Positions 1-11,248 of a stretch of 64,000 bases of DNA are shown in pieces (position 1 is the first letter of the stretch; each line of letters begins with the position of its first letter). Both the position numbers and the translations under genes were made by a program. Source of the stretch: Candidatus Dadabacteria bacterium (GTDB lineage: Bacteria > Desulfobacterota_D > UBA1144 > Nemesobacterales > Nemesobacteraceae); NCBI GenBank assembly GCA_951812735.1, contig OX638332.1, positions 378,732 through 442,731 of the forward strand, read 5' to 3'. Below the pieces are notes generated by a model. That model was not told where the DNA came from. It ran no database searches and saw nothing but the letters and a program-made list of their open reading frames with translations.

Positions 1-74
1 AATCGGATTTCCGTATGTGAACCACCCTGGTTTACACCCAACATTCTCACCCGTCAATCCAACCGATCGAGGTG

Positions 75-103
75 ATTATAACAGGTTTTTCAACTAAACG
101 CAA
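75..103 (-). promoter_or_regulatory. candidate sigma70-type promoter firing leftwards out of the window
   Basis: Minus strand reads TTGCGT, 17 nt, TATAAT, with TGT directly 5' of the -10 (extended -10). The downstream gene lies outside the window. Confidence 0.3.
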
Positions 104-518
104 AAGGACCTGGCTGAACTGTAAACAGTCAAATAAATTGAGCTTTTTCAGCAAAGCCAGTTCAAGACGTGAAGTATTTAAGGAAAGCAGTTTTTCGAGG
201 TTTTTTTCAGTGTCTTAAGGTTTGCCGTTCCGGAGTCTCCCCCCTGCCGGCTGAGCGTGAGACTGAGAGTCACACCGTGCACAGGATGGTCATAGCCCCC
301 GGCTTGCTCTGCCCTAGTAGCCTCAACTCCGAACGTAAGACCCGCTGGCTCAGGGTTCTCATTCTGAAGTCTCCACCCCACCCTGTAGTTCCTCGATCCC
401 CTTGAAGTCTCAAAGCCAAGATGCGAGACCCCTGTGAAACCCCCTCCGCAGATGGTCTTAACTAGCAAGATTCCGCATGTCCCTTCCTCGCAACAACCGA
501 TAAAAAAAAGGGGGGGGG

Positions 519-1445
519 TTAGATCAGCTCTACGATGCTGATGGGAACGGGAGTAAAACAGGAAATAAAAATAAGCAGCGAGAGAAAAGCAAGCTTCTTT
601 CTTCCCCCACCGATTTCGGTATCACTAGACAGGGTGGGCGGATGGGACGTCCCTAGCAACAGAAGCAGGATCGCCCAGAGGAGCCAGCCGATCCAGCCCT
701 CAAACACAACCCATGGCGGGAGGCCGACAAGAGCTCCCAGGCCAAGATAATCCGCAAGGTCCACCAGGGGCGCCGTCCCGATTCCCATTACTACGAGAAA
801 GACAACCGTGACAACCGATATGGCCTTATGCCACCGCTCCGAGAAGACGCAGTATACGATATGCCCTCCGTCAAGCTGTCCGGCGGGCATGAGGTTCAAA
901 ACGGTTACAAAAAGACCTATCCATCCCGCAAACGCGACGGGGTGAAGCAAAAGTTCGTGTCCCTGGGGAATTTCCCCGACGGCTATTTTAGAAAAAAGAG
1001 CGAATACCAGGGAGTTACCGAGGGACATGGCCGTCTTCATCTCGGAGAATCTCTCGGAATCAAGAGCCACCACATCCGAGAACAAAAACCCCACAAACAG
1101 GACCGGAAGAGCCACTGCAACGCCAGCTATGGGACCGGCGACCCCTATGTCGAAAAGCTCCCTCCGTCCGCGTATCCGGGACCTTATCCTTATGAACGCC
1201 CCGAATGTCCCGATGGGGGAGAGAAAAGGAGGAGCGGGGATAAACCAGGGAAGCGTGATGGAAACGCCATATTTCCTGCCGTAGAGGTAATGGCCCATTT
1301 CATGTGCTCCGAGTATAGCGACTAGGGAAAGCGAGAAAAGAAACCCGCCGCTTCGGGTTCCGCTTATCATGTAGCCTGAGAGAAAAGTGGTGGCGGCCGT
1401 CAGGACAAAAAGTACAAGGGGAATAGCTGTGGATCTTCTGATCAT
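519..1445 (-). CDS. site-2 protease family (peptidase M50) integral membrane metalloprotease
   Basis: HEMGHY (HExxH) motif in a TM helix, later LNLMPAGQLDGGH (NxxPxxxLDG) motif, multiple hydrophobic segments. Confidence 0.85.
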   Translation of the reverse strand: MIRRSTAIPLVLFVLTAATTFLSGYMISGTRSGGFLFSLSLVAILGAHEMGHYLYGRKYGVSITLPWFIPAPPFLSPIGTFGAFIRIRSRIRGRRELFDIGVAGPIAGVAVALPVLFVGFLFSDVVALDSERFSEMKTAMSLGNSLVFALFSKIAVGEIPQGHELLLHPVAFAGWIGLFVTVLNLMPAGQLDGGHIVYCVFSERWHKAISVVTVVFLVVMGIGTAPLVDLADYLGLGALVGLPPWVVFEGWIGWLLWAILLLLLGTSHPPTLSSDTEIGGGRKKLAFLSLLIFISCFTPVPISIVELI

Positions 1446-1447
1446 GG

Positions 1448-3760
1448 CTACTCCACTTCAAGCAGCATCGGGTCTATCGAGTTAAGGGTGTCCTTTAGGT
1501 ATCTCTCTATGTCGGATTCCTTCGCAAGCAGCAGTACGTGCGATCTCACTTGCTCTAGCATCCGCTCAGAGAGCCTGTCCGAGAGGAATTTGACATAGGG
1601 AAAGCGAAGCGGGGAAACACTCAGATGGCGGTATCCAAGGGCCAGCAGCAGAAGGCTGCCCGAGGGAATTCCCGCCATCTCCCCGCAGATGGAAAGTTCC
1701 TTTCCGCTTGAAATGACCTGCTCTCTCGTAAAATCCAGAATTCTTACCACCGAAGGATGAAAAGCGGAGTAAAGATGTCCGACCGCGTTTGAATTCCTGT
1801 CCACAGCAAGCAGATACTGTATGAGGTCATTTGTGCCGATGGAAACAAAATCTATGAGGTCGGCGTAATCCTCGAACTGGTACGCAAGGGCCGGAACTTC
1901 CATCATTATTCCCAGCTTCGGTATGTCATTACGGTTAAGACTCACCTCAGCGGAGAGCTCGTTGATTATCTGTACCGCGGTCTCAACCTCCCAGACATTT
2001 GAGACCATCGGAAGAAGAATCCTGAGGTCTCCCCCTTTCTTGGCCGCCAGCAGGATAGATTTCACCTGGTCCCTGAAAAGATCCAGATATTCCATTGAAA
2101 AGCGGATTGAGCGAAGGCCCAGAAGAGGATTTTCCTCCTTGGGCATGTTAAGATAGGAGAGCACTTTGTCAGAACCCACATCCAGGGTCCTGATCGTCAC
2201 TTCGCCCTCGAAACTCCCCGAAATCTCTTTGTATATCTTCAGCTGGGACCTTACGCTCGGCCACTTCTTAAACCGCGCGAAGGCAAACTCCGTTCTAAAA
2301 AGACCCGCGCTTTTGATGCCGTAACGTTTTGCTACCTCGATATCGGCCGGGACTCCGACATTTGCGGTTATTTCGACGTCAATGCCTGCACCGTCGCCTT
2401 TTACGGCCTCGGTCTCCATGAAGCTGCGAAGCTCAAGGGTCTTCTCGCGCATGGCCAAGTACTCATCCTTGAGTACCTGGTCGGGGTTTGTGAAGATAAA
2501 ACCGCTTCTTCCGTCAACTATCATGTCCTCCCCGGGGTCCACCAGGTTCACGATGTTGTCTATGCCGACAACTACAGGTATTCCAAGCGATTTCGCTATT
2601 ATGATCGCATGCGAGGTCTCCCCGCCTTTTTCAAGCACTATCCCCCCGACTTCCCCTTCAACAGCCGTAACAAAAGACACGCCTATCTCCCTTGCCACTA
2701 GTATCAGGGGTTCCCGATCGGCCGAAGCGGGGATATTTCCGTCTTTTGAACGGGTAAGGTCCCGGAGAATCCTCTCCCCTATATCCCTAAAATCATAGGC
2801 ACGTTCCCTCATGTAGGAATCCGGGAGAGATTCAAAACGCAACGCCTGGGATTCAAGATACTCGACTACAGCGGCCTCGGCCGAGAGGTTCTTTTCGTCT
2901 ATCAGCTCACCTGTACCCCTCTCCATGTCCCGGCTGTCCACTATCATCAGATGCGAGCGAAAAATATCCACTTCGTTTTTTGAGAGCTTGCCCTCCGAAT
3001 CCATTTTTTTTATAGTGTTTTTAAGGTCTTGAGAAATGTTTTTTATAGAATTTCTGACTCTTCTCTTCTCGATCCTAGGAGTGCGGGCCGCCACCTCCAT
3101 TGTGGACATCCGGCGGAAGAGCCCGCGGAAGGTAACAGCTTTCCCGACAGCGACTCCCTCGGAAACTCCTTTGCCCTGATAGGTTTTCGTCTCGTGTTTC
3201 ACCATGGAGGGGGGTTTCAGCCGATCCAGGGTATTTGCGACTTCGAGAACCCCAGCAAGCCGCAGCGCTATAATCTGAAAAAGGGTCTGTTCAGCCGGAG
3301 TTATCTGCATGGGAGTCCTGTTCTGGCCCACAAGCACTCCGACACATACGTCGTGGAGCATTATTGGAACACCTATATAGCTTTCGTACTCCTCCTCGCC
3401 TATTTCGGGAAAATACTTGTAATTCGAGTGCTTTGAAGCCGGCATGGCGATCAGGGGAACCTTCGTTTTATGGACCGTTCCGGTAAGACCTTCATCCGAA
3501 CGCAGGAAGATGTCGCTTTTCGGTTCAACCCGAAGACCCCTGTTGGCCGCAAGCCTCAGAACCTCCCTCAGATCATCCCAAACGTATATGGAGACGACGT
3601 CGTAGTGAAGCGAGGACGAGATTTTCCTGACCACCCTGCCTAAAACGGTGTTAAGGCCCACGGACTTGTTGATCAGGTCGCTTATTTCGTGAACCACTTT
3701 CAGATGAAAATGCTCCGGTTCTGTACGGTCTTTAACAATCATCAGGTCACTCCACCACAC
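1448..3760 (-). CDS. ptsP: GAF-domain phosphoenolpyruvate-protein phosphotransferase (EI-Ntr type)
   Basis: N-terminal GAF-like region, GGETSHAIIIAKSLGIPVV phospho-His region, C-terminal PEP-utilising signature FVSIGTNDLIQY. The exact start codon is uncertain. Confidence 0.85.
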   Translation of the reverse strand: MWWSDLMIVKDRTEPEHFHLKVVHEISDLINKSVGLNTVLGRVVRKISSSLHYDVVSIYVWDDLREVLRLAANRGLRVEPKSDIFLRSDEGLTGTVHKTKVPLIAMPASKHSNYKYFPEIGEEEYESYIGVPIMLHDVCVGVLVGQNRTPMQITPAEQTLFQIIALRLAGVLEVANTLDRLKPPSMVKHETKTYQGKGVSEGVAVGKAVTFRGLFRRMSTMEVAARTPRIEKRRVRNSIKNISQDLKNTIKKMDSEGKLSKNEVDIFRSHLMIVDSRDMERGTGELIDEKNLSAEAAVVEYLESQALRFESLPDSYMRERAYDFRDIGERILRDLTRSKDGNIPASADREPLILVAREIGVSFVTAVEGEVGGIVLEKGGETSHAIIIAKSLGIPVVVGIDNIVNLVDPGEDMIVDGRSGFIFTNPDQVLKDEYLAMREKTLELRSFMETEAVKGDGAGIDVEITANVGVPADIEVAKRYGIKSAGLFRTEFAFARFKKWPSVRSQLKIYKEISGSFEGEVTIRTLDVGSDKVLSYLNMPKEENPLLGLRSIRFSMEYLDLFRDQVKSILLAAKKGGDLRILLPMVSNVWEVETAVQIINELSAEVSLNRNDIPKLGIMMEVPALAYQFEDYADLIDFVSIGTNDLIQYLLAVDRNSNAVGHLYSAFHPSVVRILDFTREQVISSGKELSICGEMAGIPSGSLLLLALGYRHLSVSPLRFPYVKFLSDRLSERMLEQVRSHVLLLAKESDIERYLKDTLNSIDPMLLEVE

Positions 3761-3900
3761 ACAAGAGAATTAGTATTATACCACCATCATGTGCAGTCAG
3801 CGGAAAAAAGGGAAACAGAAAAATATTCCCAGAAAAACTGAAAGAAAAAAGCCCTTGTGTGAATAGATTTATAAAATATTGCGTATATAATTCCCACGGA

Positions 3901-5280
3901 ATGAGCCCTGAACCAATAAAAGTTGCCATAGTCGGATCGGGACCCGCGGCTTTTTACGCGGCCGACCACCTGCAGAAAAAACTCGGTGACCGGGTTTTCA
4001 TAGACATGTTCGAGAAACTCCCGACTCCCCACGGTCTCGTTAGAAGCGGCGTGGCACCTGATCACCAGAAGATAAAGAGCGTAGCAAGAGTTTACGACAA
4101 AATCGCGACGAACCCCCAATTCAGGTTTTTCGGGCTTGTAGAGTTCGGAAAACACTTAACGCTTGAAGACCTGCGCAGACTTTACAACCAGATAGTTCTC
4201 GCGACGGGAGCCCAGACCGACAGGAAAATGGGCATACCAGGAGAGAATCTGATCGGAAGCCACACGGCAACGGAATTCGTAGGCTGGTACAACGCCCACC
4301 CGGATCACATGGGCCTTGGTTTTGACTTTTCGGGGAAAAAAGTCGTCATAGTCGGAGTCGGAAACGTCGCGGTGGATGTCGCGAGAATTCTCTCCCTCAC
4401 AAGAGGGGAAATGGGAAAAACGGATATCGCGGACTACGCGCTTGAGCAACTGGCCGAAAGCGGAATAAGGGAAATACACATGCTTGGAAGAAGGGGACCC
4501 GCGCAGGCGGCCTTCACTAACCCAGAGCTGCGGGAACTTGAGAAGCTTGAGGATGCAGACCTCCTTACTTTGCCGGATGAAGCGCAGCCCGACCCTCTTA
4601 CGCTTGAGGAACTTGAGCGTAAACCGGACAGGACAGCCCAGACGAAAATAGAGCTTATAAAAAAAGCTTCCGAAAGAGTTCCTTCCAAATCGAAAAAAAT
4701 CATCATAAGGTTTCTGGTTTCTCCCATAGAGATAATCGCCGGAGAAGATAACAAGGTAAAAAGCGTCAAAGTCGTGAAAAACAGGCTTTACAGATCCGAT
4801 GACGGCTCACTTCGGCCCAAACCCACGGACGAAACCGAAGAGATCCCCGCCGATCTCGTTTTTCGCTCCGTCGGGTACCGGGGAATACCTCTTCGGGACG
4901 TGCCGTTTGACGACAGATCAGGAGTAATTCCCAACGAAAAAGGAAGAGTGCTTGACAAAACGGGCGGCAATCCGCTTCCTGGGCTCTACACCACAGGGTG
5001 GATAAAACGCGGACCGACCGGAGTTATCGGCACGAATAAGACCGATTCCGGCGAAACCGTAAGCTGCATGGTCGAGGACATCGAGAGGGAAAACACTCTA
5101 CATCCCGAACTCACTTCGGCTGAGAGCATAAAGGAACTGCTTGATGAAAAGCATATTTCCTACAACGAATGGCTGCGGGTTGACTCATTTGAAAAGAAAG
5201 AAGGCGAAAAACAGGGAAGACCGAGAGTGAAGGTCACGAGGCTTGAAGAAATTCTCGGAATTCTTGAAGAAAAGCACTGA
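3901..5280 (+). CDS. NADPH-dependent ferredoxin/adrenodoxin reductase-like flavoprotein (FprA type)
   Basis: VAIVGSGPAAFYAA and VVIVGVGNVAVDVARIL dinucleotide-binding motifs. The ATG at 3901 is preferred over the upstream GTG at 3859 in the ORF track. Confidence 0.75.
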   Translation: MSPEPIKVAIVGSGPAAFYAADHLQKKLGDRVFIDMFEKLPTPHGLVRSGVAPDHQKIKSVARVYDKIATNPQFRFFGLVEFGKHLTLEDLRRLYNQIVLATGAQTDRKMGIPGENLIGSHTATEFVGWYNAHPDHMGLGFDFSGKKVVIVGVGNVAVDVARILSLTRGEMGKTDIADYALEQLAESGIREIHMLGRRGPAQAAFTNPELRELEKLEDADLLTLPDEAQPDPLTLEELERKPDRTAQTKIELIKKASERVPSKSKKIIIRFLVSPIEIIAGEDNKVKSVKVVKNRLYRSDDGSLRPKPTDETEEIPADLVFRSVGYRGIPLRDVPFDDRSGVIPNEKGRVLDKTGGNPLPGLYTTGWIKRGPTGVIGTNKTDSGETVSCMVEDIERENTLHPELTSAESIKELLDEKHISYNEWLRVDSFEKKEGEKQGRPRVKVTRLEEILGILEEKH

Positions 5281-5346
5281 AGCGGGCGATCTTTCTCAGT
5301 CAAGAAACGTATACTTGTTCAAATCAAGGTTCCAGCATTCCGAAAA

Positions 5347-7359
5347 CTACGCCGGACTCACGCGTATTCTTCTTCTGAGAGGATCCGCTGCCCATATTGA
5401 GAGGGAGAGTTCGCTTCCTATGTCAAAAACCCTGCCGCCTGCGTTAGAAAGCGCGAGCTCAACCAGAAATTCCGGGATATAAACGTTAAACCCGTTATAT
5501 CCCCTGGAACTTACATAGCCTGTCGCCCCCTTTATATTCTTTTCCAGAAGATAACGGATAAGCCAGTACCTGTGCCTGCTTCTCTGCGCGTTTTTGATCT
5601 CCCTGGTGGAAAGACTTGCCCGCGTGTTCATATCTTCAAGCTCGCTTTCGGAGTAGTAAATCTTTTGTTCCTCAAGCCAGGATATAAGCTGGCGCTGCAT
5701 GACAAGGTCCATGTATCTCCTGATCGGGGAGGTCATCTGAACATAGCAGGAAACTCCCAGAGACTTATGGATTTCAGGAGTGGAGGTAACAAAGGAGGGT
5801 TTTAAATGCTTTATTACCTTTACCGGGAAAAGAACATCCGCGGGATCAATTTCTCTGGCTTCAGGATCAATCTCCTGAGCCTGAGAACGAAAAAGGGCTG
5901 GAATTTCATTTTTATCGAAAAAATCCCCCGAAAGACGGTTCATAAGTATCATGCACTCGGAAACGACGTTGTGTGCGGGGGAATCCATGTAGTCTTTGCC
6001 GACTGATATTTCGCCCTGGTCTCCGACCTTGATCTTGAGTTCCGGGAGCTGAACTATAAAAGCCCCTTTGTCGACTCTCCCGCTTCTAAGTGAATCAGCG
6101 AGGGCCACTAGGGATTTTCCCCACTGCTCATGGTGGAATATCTCAGTTGCTTCGGCGTAGGTAAGGTTTTTCGAAACCCTTATGACCGTCACCTCAAAGC
6201 GATAATCGATCAAGGTGAAGTCTTCTGTCTTAAAAGTGGCGAAGAGAGAGAGTGCGGGTCGGGGATCACCAGCGGTTAGGCTGAGTTTGTAACTCACAAG
6301 CTCCCTGGGAAACATATCGACGCGTCCTTCGGGAAAATAAACCGTCTCGGCGCGCTCAAGAGCCCCCTGGTCAAGAAAACATCCCCTGCTTACAACGTGG
6401 GCCACGTTCGAAATGTGGACTCCTAGAGTGATCCTGTCCCCGTGCGTTTCAAAGGAAATGGCGTCATCGATATCCTGAGTTGTTTCACTGTCAATGGAAA
6501 AAACTTCAAGATCCGTTCTGTCAGTAAGACCCTCTAAGTCTCCCCGGACTCCCAAAACAGCCTCGACTTCTTCAAGCGCCCTTTGCGAGTGTTTGAAATG
6601 AAAGGCGATTTTTTTCGATTCAGGGTCATCGTCTTTTTTCCAGAAACCCGTTTTTATAAGAAATTCAACCGCCGACTCCACTTCCTTAAGCCCAGCATCA
6701 TAGAGAAAACCCTTGGCTTCCTTAGCTCGCTCATAGCCGTCAAGATCAATGACGTACCGCTCAATCAGCTCAAGAAATTCACCGTGGCTCTCATCGACCG
6801 CCGGGGAAACTTCACCGCTGAGAACGGAACGAACCCAGTTTACGGCGGCCTGGGTTTTCTCCTCTCTTTCCTCTCTGAGTTTAATTGTGCGAAGCGTCCT
6901 GGAGACATCATCCTGTGAGCGGATAAGGTAGCCGTCTTCACCTCTTGCGAGATAAATCGTGTTCTTATCCACGGCCCAGAAAAGCAGGAACCTCTGCTCC
7001 ACAGAAACCTGCTCCGTACCCGAATACAGGTCAAGTATTTCCTCAAAGCTTACGGTTTCCTGTTCCTCCACCACACACTGCCACAATGTTTCGAGATCAA
7101 CGGAGTCTTTTTTTTCCTCAAGCTCCCTTCTCCATTTTCTCATTTCGAGTTTTTTCTCGGAGTCTGTCAGGGTTTCAGGGATGGTTATTCCGGTGAGCAG
7201 TACAACTTTTTTAAGTTCAACCGTATAGCGCTTCCCGTCTTCTGAGAAAACGGAGAGCTTATCGGGATGGGCAGAGAGAACCACTCCCAGGGCGGGCTCC
7301 CTTCTTTTTCTGTAGGCAATAAGTTCGTTTATGCTTGGGGAATTCATCGAATGGGACAA
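5347..7359 (-). CDS. RNase II/R family 3'-5' exoribonuclease (RNB domain) with long N-terminal region
   Basis: RNB motif FSIDSETTQDIDDAISF, downstream TSPIRRYMDLV motif, C-terminal S1-like segment. Confidence 0.8.
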   Translation of the reverse strand: MSHSMNSPSINELIAYRKRREPALGVVLSAHPDKLSVFSEDGKRYTVELKKVVLLTGITIPETLTDSEKKLEMRKWRRELEEKKDSVDLETLWQCVVEEQETVSFEEILDLYSGTEQVSVEQRFLLFWAVDKNTIYLARGEDGYLIRSQDDVSRTLRTIKLREEREEKTQAAVNWVRSVLSGEVSPAVDESHGEFLELIERYVIDLDGYERAKEAKGFLYDAGLKEVESAVEFLIKTGFWKKDDDPESKKIAFHFKHSQRALEEVEAVLGVRGDLEGLTDRTDLEVFSIDSETTQDIDDAISFETHGDRITLGVHISNVAHVVSRGCFLDQGALERAETVYFPEGRVDMFPRELVSYKLSLTAGDPRPALSLFATFKTEDFTLIDYRFEVTVIRVSKNLTYAEATEIFHHEQWGKSLVALADSLRSGRVDKGAFIVQLPELKIKVGDQGEISVGKDYMDSPAHNVVSECMILMNRLSGDFFDKNEIPALFRSQAQEIDPEAREIDPADVLFPVKVIKHLKPSFVTSTPEIHKSLGVSCYVQMTSPIRRYMDLVMQRQLISWLEEQKIYYSESELEDMNTRASLSTREIKNAQRSRHRYWLIRYLLEKNIKGATGYVSSRGYNGFNVYIPEFLVELALSNAGGRVFDIGSELSLSIWAADPLRRRIRVSPA

Positions 7360-7364
7360 TTCGA

Positions 7365-8978
7365 TCAGTCAGAAGAATCCTTGTACCTAAGTGCCCCTCT
7401 TATGAAATCCCTGAACAGGGGATGGGCGCTTAGGGGTTTTGACTTGAATTCAGGGTGGAACTGACAGCCGACAAACCAGGGATGATCCTTAAGTTCCATG
7501 ATTTCAACCAGATCCCCATCCGGAGAGAGACCGCAAAGAACCATTCCCTTTGACTCGAGAACTTCCCTGTAGCGGTTGTTCACTTCAAACCGGTGGCGAT
7601 GTCTTTCAGAAATCTCCGAAGCCCCGTAAATGCTGCTTGCCAAAGTCTCGGGCTTTATAACGCAGGGATAGGCCCCGAGTCTCATAGTTCCGCCCTTGTC
7701 GCTTACATTTTTCTGTGATTCCATTATGTCTATAACCGGGTTCTTGGTATCGCCGTTGTTCTCGGTCGTATCCGCGTCATCCATGCCGCACACGTTTCTT
7801 GAAAACTCAATGACCGCAAGCTGCATACCGTAACAGATTCCGAAAAAGGGAATCCCATTCTCCCTCGCGTACTTCGTGGCGCCCACCTTGCCGTCAATCC
7901 CCCTCTCTCCGAATCCCCCGGGAACAAGTATCCCGTGGACATCGGAGAAGTAGTTCTGGGGACATGTTCCGTCCATTTCTTCTGAATCCACGTATTTTAT
8001 TTCAACGGTCGAGTCGTTGGCTATACCACCATGGTAAAGGGACTCGTGGAGACTCTTATAGGCGTCTCCGTGTGAAACGTATTTTCCGACAACGGCTATG
8101 CGCACGGTCTTTTCCATGCTCTTTATTCTTCGAAAAAGTTCTTCCCACTCCTCCATGTCGGGTTTTTTGGTCCACATGCCCAGGTATTCAACAATTATCT
8201 CGGCAAGCCCTTCTTTTTTGTACGTAAGCGGAACTTCATATATGTGCTCAACGTCTTTGGCCGTAATCACCGCTTTCTGCTCAATGTTGCAGAAAAGAGC
8301 TATCTTTCTCTTGACGTCTTCCGGGAGGAACTTGTCCTCGGTGCGGCACAGAAGGATGTCGGGCTGGATTCCTATCTGTAGAAGTTCCTTCACGCTGTGC
8401 TGAGTAGGCTTCGTTTTAAGTTCTCCCGCGGCGGCGACATAGGGAACGTATGTAAGATGAATGAAAAGCGTGTTCTGCTTACCAATATCCGACCTTAGCT
8501 GCCTCACCGCCTCGAGGAAAGGAAGACTTTCTATGTCTCCCACGGTACCGCCGATTTCGACTATGATCACGTCGTTTCCGTCCTCAAGGGCGCGCACGCG
8601 GGATTTTATCTCATCCGTTATGTGAGGGATTACCTGGACTGTTTTGCCGAGAAACTTACCTTCTCTCTCTTTTGAAATAACGGAATCATAGACCTTGCCG
8701 CTTGTAAGATTGTTTTTCTTGCCGAGCTGGGCTTTAGTGAATCTTTCGTAATGACCCAGGTCGAGATCCGTTTCCGCCCCGTCATCGGTGACAAACACCT
8801 CGCCGTGCTCAAAAGGGTTCATCGTGCCCGGATCAACGTTTATGTAGGGATCAAGCTTCTGGAGGGTAACTCGAAGACCACAGCACTCAAGAAGGAAACC
8901 TATTGAAGAAGCGGAGATACCTTTTCCCAGAGAAGACATAACCCCGCCGGTAACAAAAATAAATTTTGCGCTTTTCAC
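7365..8978 (-). CDS. pyrG: CTP synthase
   Basis: [17 protein letters not shown]-terminus, GATase GICYGMQ and HRHRFEVN motifs, 537 aa. Confidence 0.95.
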   Translation of the reverse strand: MKSAKFIFVTGGVMSSLGKGISASSIGFLLECCGLRVTLQKLDPYINVDPGTMNPFEHGEVFVTDDGAETDLDLGHYERFTKAQLGKKNNLTSGKVYDSVISKEREGKFLGKTVQVIPHITDEIKSRVRALEDGNDVIIVEIGGTVGDIESLPFLEAVRQLRSDIGKQNTLFIHLTYVPYVAAAGELKTKPTQHSVKELLQIGIQPDILLCRTEDKFLPEDVKRKIALFCNIEQKAVITAKDVEHIYEVPLTYKKEGLAEIIVEYLGMWTKKPDMEEWEELFRRIKSMEKTVRIAVVGKYVSHGDAYKSLHESLYHGGIANDSTVEIKYVDSEEMDGTCPQNYFSDVHGILVPGGFGERGIDGKVGATKYARENGIPFFGICYGMQLAVIEFSRNVCGMDDADTTENNGDTKNPVIDIMESQKNVSDKGGTMRLGAYPCVIKPETLASSIYGASEISERHRHRFEVNNRYREVLESKGMVLCGLSPDGDLVEIMELKDHPWFVGCQFHPEFKSKPLSAHPLFRDFIRGALRYKDSSD

Positions 8979-9127
8979 GCGGAAAACCTCTTTATTAAAT
9001 TAAGCAGCCGCAAGAAACAAAGGTCGGAATCTAAATATATTCAATTCGAGAGCAGCTTACAATTAAAAAGGAAGATTTCACATAATTCGAGAAGACAAAA
9101 CAGGAGAAATCTTGATACCGAAAATAT

Positions 9128-9730
9128 TTATTTCGAGTTCGAAAAATATGACAGGAGCTTTTCTGAAGCAATAGCTCTATGGCTTATGCTGTTTTTTATG
9201 TCAGGGCCGAGTTCAGCCATCGTCTTTCCGTATTGAGGAACATAAAAAACCGGGTCATAACCAAAACCGCTTTCGCCTCTTTTCTCCTGAATAATCTGCC
9301 CGCAGCACTCGCCTTCAAAGAATTCCTCTGCGCCATTTACGCACACAAGAGATATACAGCAGACAAACTTGGCGTTTCTATTGCTCTTCCCTTTAAGTTC
9401 AGACAGCAGTTTTTCATTATTCTCATCATCTGAGGCCTCTTCTCCCGCGTACCTAGCCGAATAAATCCCGGGAGCTCCGCCCAGAGCATCCACAACCAAA
9501 CCTGAATCATCCCCGATAGCATCCATTCCAAGGAAATCAGAGGTTGCTTTCGCCTTGATAAGGGCGTTTTCCCTGAAAGAAAGACCTGTCTCCTCTATAT
9601 CTGGAATGTCGTCAAAGTCAGCAAGAGAAAGGATATCATCGTACGCATCAGCAAGGATCGATCTGAATTCTCTCAGCTTTCCTTTATTTCTCGTGGCAAT
9701 TACTATAGTTCTACGATTCATATTGGCCAC
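9128..9730 (-). CDS. rdgB: non-canonical purine NTP pyrophosphatase (RdgB/HAM1 family)
   Basis: IATRNKGKLREF start and FGYDPVF motif, 200 aa. Confidence 0.9.
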   Translation of the reverse strand: MANMNRRTIVIATRNKGKLREFRSILADAYDDILSLADFDDIPDIEETGLSFRENALIKAKATSDFLGMDAIGDDSGLVVDALGGAPGIYSARYAGEEASDDENNEKLLSELKGKSNRNAKFVCCISLVCVNGAEEFFEGECCGQIIQEKRGESGFGYDPVFYVPQYGKTMAELGPDIKNSISHRAIASEKLLSYFSNSK

Positions 9731-9901
9731 TAATCCCCTGAAATCCTTTTGCTATTTCAGTCTTACTGCTTTTAAGCATCGCTTGGTTAAAACGATTCCT
9801 GTTGACTGAAATATCTGCGGGATTAAAACGTTTGTATGTGAAGATACCATATTCTAGCAATTAGAGATGGCCTTCTTTTTTAAGTGGTTATACAAAGGGT
9901 G

Positions 9902-10252
<351 letters not shown>

Positions 10253-10264
10253 GTGTTTACTAAG

Positions 10265-10720
10265 CTATGAACGTTTCAAAGATCGTCTTACGGCTTTCTG
10301 CATATCTCTTTGGGCCTCTCGACGCTTGATATCCTCTCTTTTATCCCTCGTCTTCTTGCCTTTGGCAAGGGCCAACTCAAGTTTTGCAATGCCGTTTTTA
10401 AAATAAATCCTGAGAGGAACTAAAGTGTAACCTCTAATACTTGTTTTTCCAATCAGCCTCCTTATCTCATGAGAGTTGAGCAGAAGCTTCCTCTCTCTTG
10501 TCGGATCATGGTTAAGCGTGTTAGCGGCGTCATAAGGGGCTATGTAGCAGTTAACAAGCCTGGCTTCGCCCTCCCTTATGAGAGCGAAGCTCTCCTTTAC
10601 GCTCGCATTTCCGTTTCTAAGGGATTTAACCTCGGACCCCCTAAGAACCAGGCCCGCTTCATACTTCTCCTCGAATATGTAATCCCTGTGAGCGGTAGGG
10701 TGGCTGCATATGGTCTTCAT
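10265..10720 (-). CDS. smpB: SsrA-binding protein
   Basis: AHRDYIFEEKYEAGLVLRGSEVKSLR and basic C-terminal tail, 151 aa, adjacent to tmRNA. Confidence 0.93.
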   Translation of the reverse strand: MKTICSHPTAHRDYIFEEKYEAGLVLRGSEVKSLRNGNASVKESFALIREGEARLVNCYIAPYDAANTLNHDPTRERKLLLNSHEIRRLIGKTSIRGYTLVPLRIYFKNGIAKLELALAKGKKTRDKREDIKRREAQRDMQKAVRRSLKRS

Positions 10721-10763
10721 TTACCCTAATAATAATCCGCCGCGGCGAAATAACCAGTATGAA

Positions 10764-11213
10764 TTAAAAATCCCTGGAACTGTCAACAAGGAGTGTAACG
10801 GGCCCGCAATTCATTATATGAACATCCATTGCTGCTCCGAAAACTCCGGTTTCCACGGGAATTCCACGCTCTAAAAGCTCAGCAATGAAAAGTTCGTAGA
10901 AACTCTTCGCAAAATCCCCGCCAGCAGCCCGAGTGTAAGAAGGTCTTCTGCCCTTCCTTGTATCACCGTAGAGGGTAAACTGGGAGACAACCAGAATCTC
11001 CCCTCCCGTATCTTCGATGCTGAGATTCATTCTGCCCGAGGAGTCCTCAAATATCCTGAGACCCGCTATCTTCTCCGCGACATAGGCAACGTCTTTTTCC
11101 GAATCATCTTTGCTAACCCCGAGAAGAACCACCATCCCCGAGCCTATGCTGCCGACCATGTTCCCGTCAACACTGACTGACGCCTCGGCTACCCTCTGTA
11201 TAACAGCTCTCAT
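10764..11213 (-). CDS. dtd: D-aminoacyl-tRNA deacylase
   Basis: MRAVIQRV start and [16 protein letters not shown] motif, 149 aa. Confidence 0.92.
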   Translation of the reverse strand: MRAVIQRVAEASVSVDGNMVGSIGSGMVVLLGVSKDDSEKDVAYVAEKIAGLRIFEDSSGRMNLSIEDTGGEILVVSQFTLYGDTRKGRRPSYTRAAGGDFAKSFYELFIAELLERGIPVETGVFGAAMDVHIMNCGPVTLLVDSSRDF

Positions 11214-11248
11214 TTGTGGATTCTCCTAAGACGAACTAGCAAAAAAAA

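Noticed and set aside
178-500. Considered RNase P RNA, SRP RNA, 6S RNA, cobalamin/TPP riboswitch or group II intron domain V for the ORF-poor region at the left edge
   Set aside because: The universal RNase P GGAAAGUCC/P4 elements are absent. The SRP CCGGAAGGAAGCAGCC-type motif, the B12-box and a convincing domain V hairpin are also absent. One strand is so G-rich and C-poor that extensive pairing looks unlikely. The region is kept only as an unassigned region in the findings.
9731-9901. tmRNA 3' flank as a genomic-island integration site
   Set aside because: There is no integrase, no duplicated tmRNA 3' end and no phage-like genes. The neighbours (rdgB, pyrG) are core genes.
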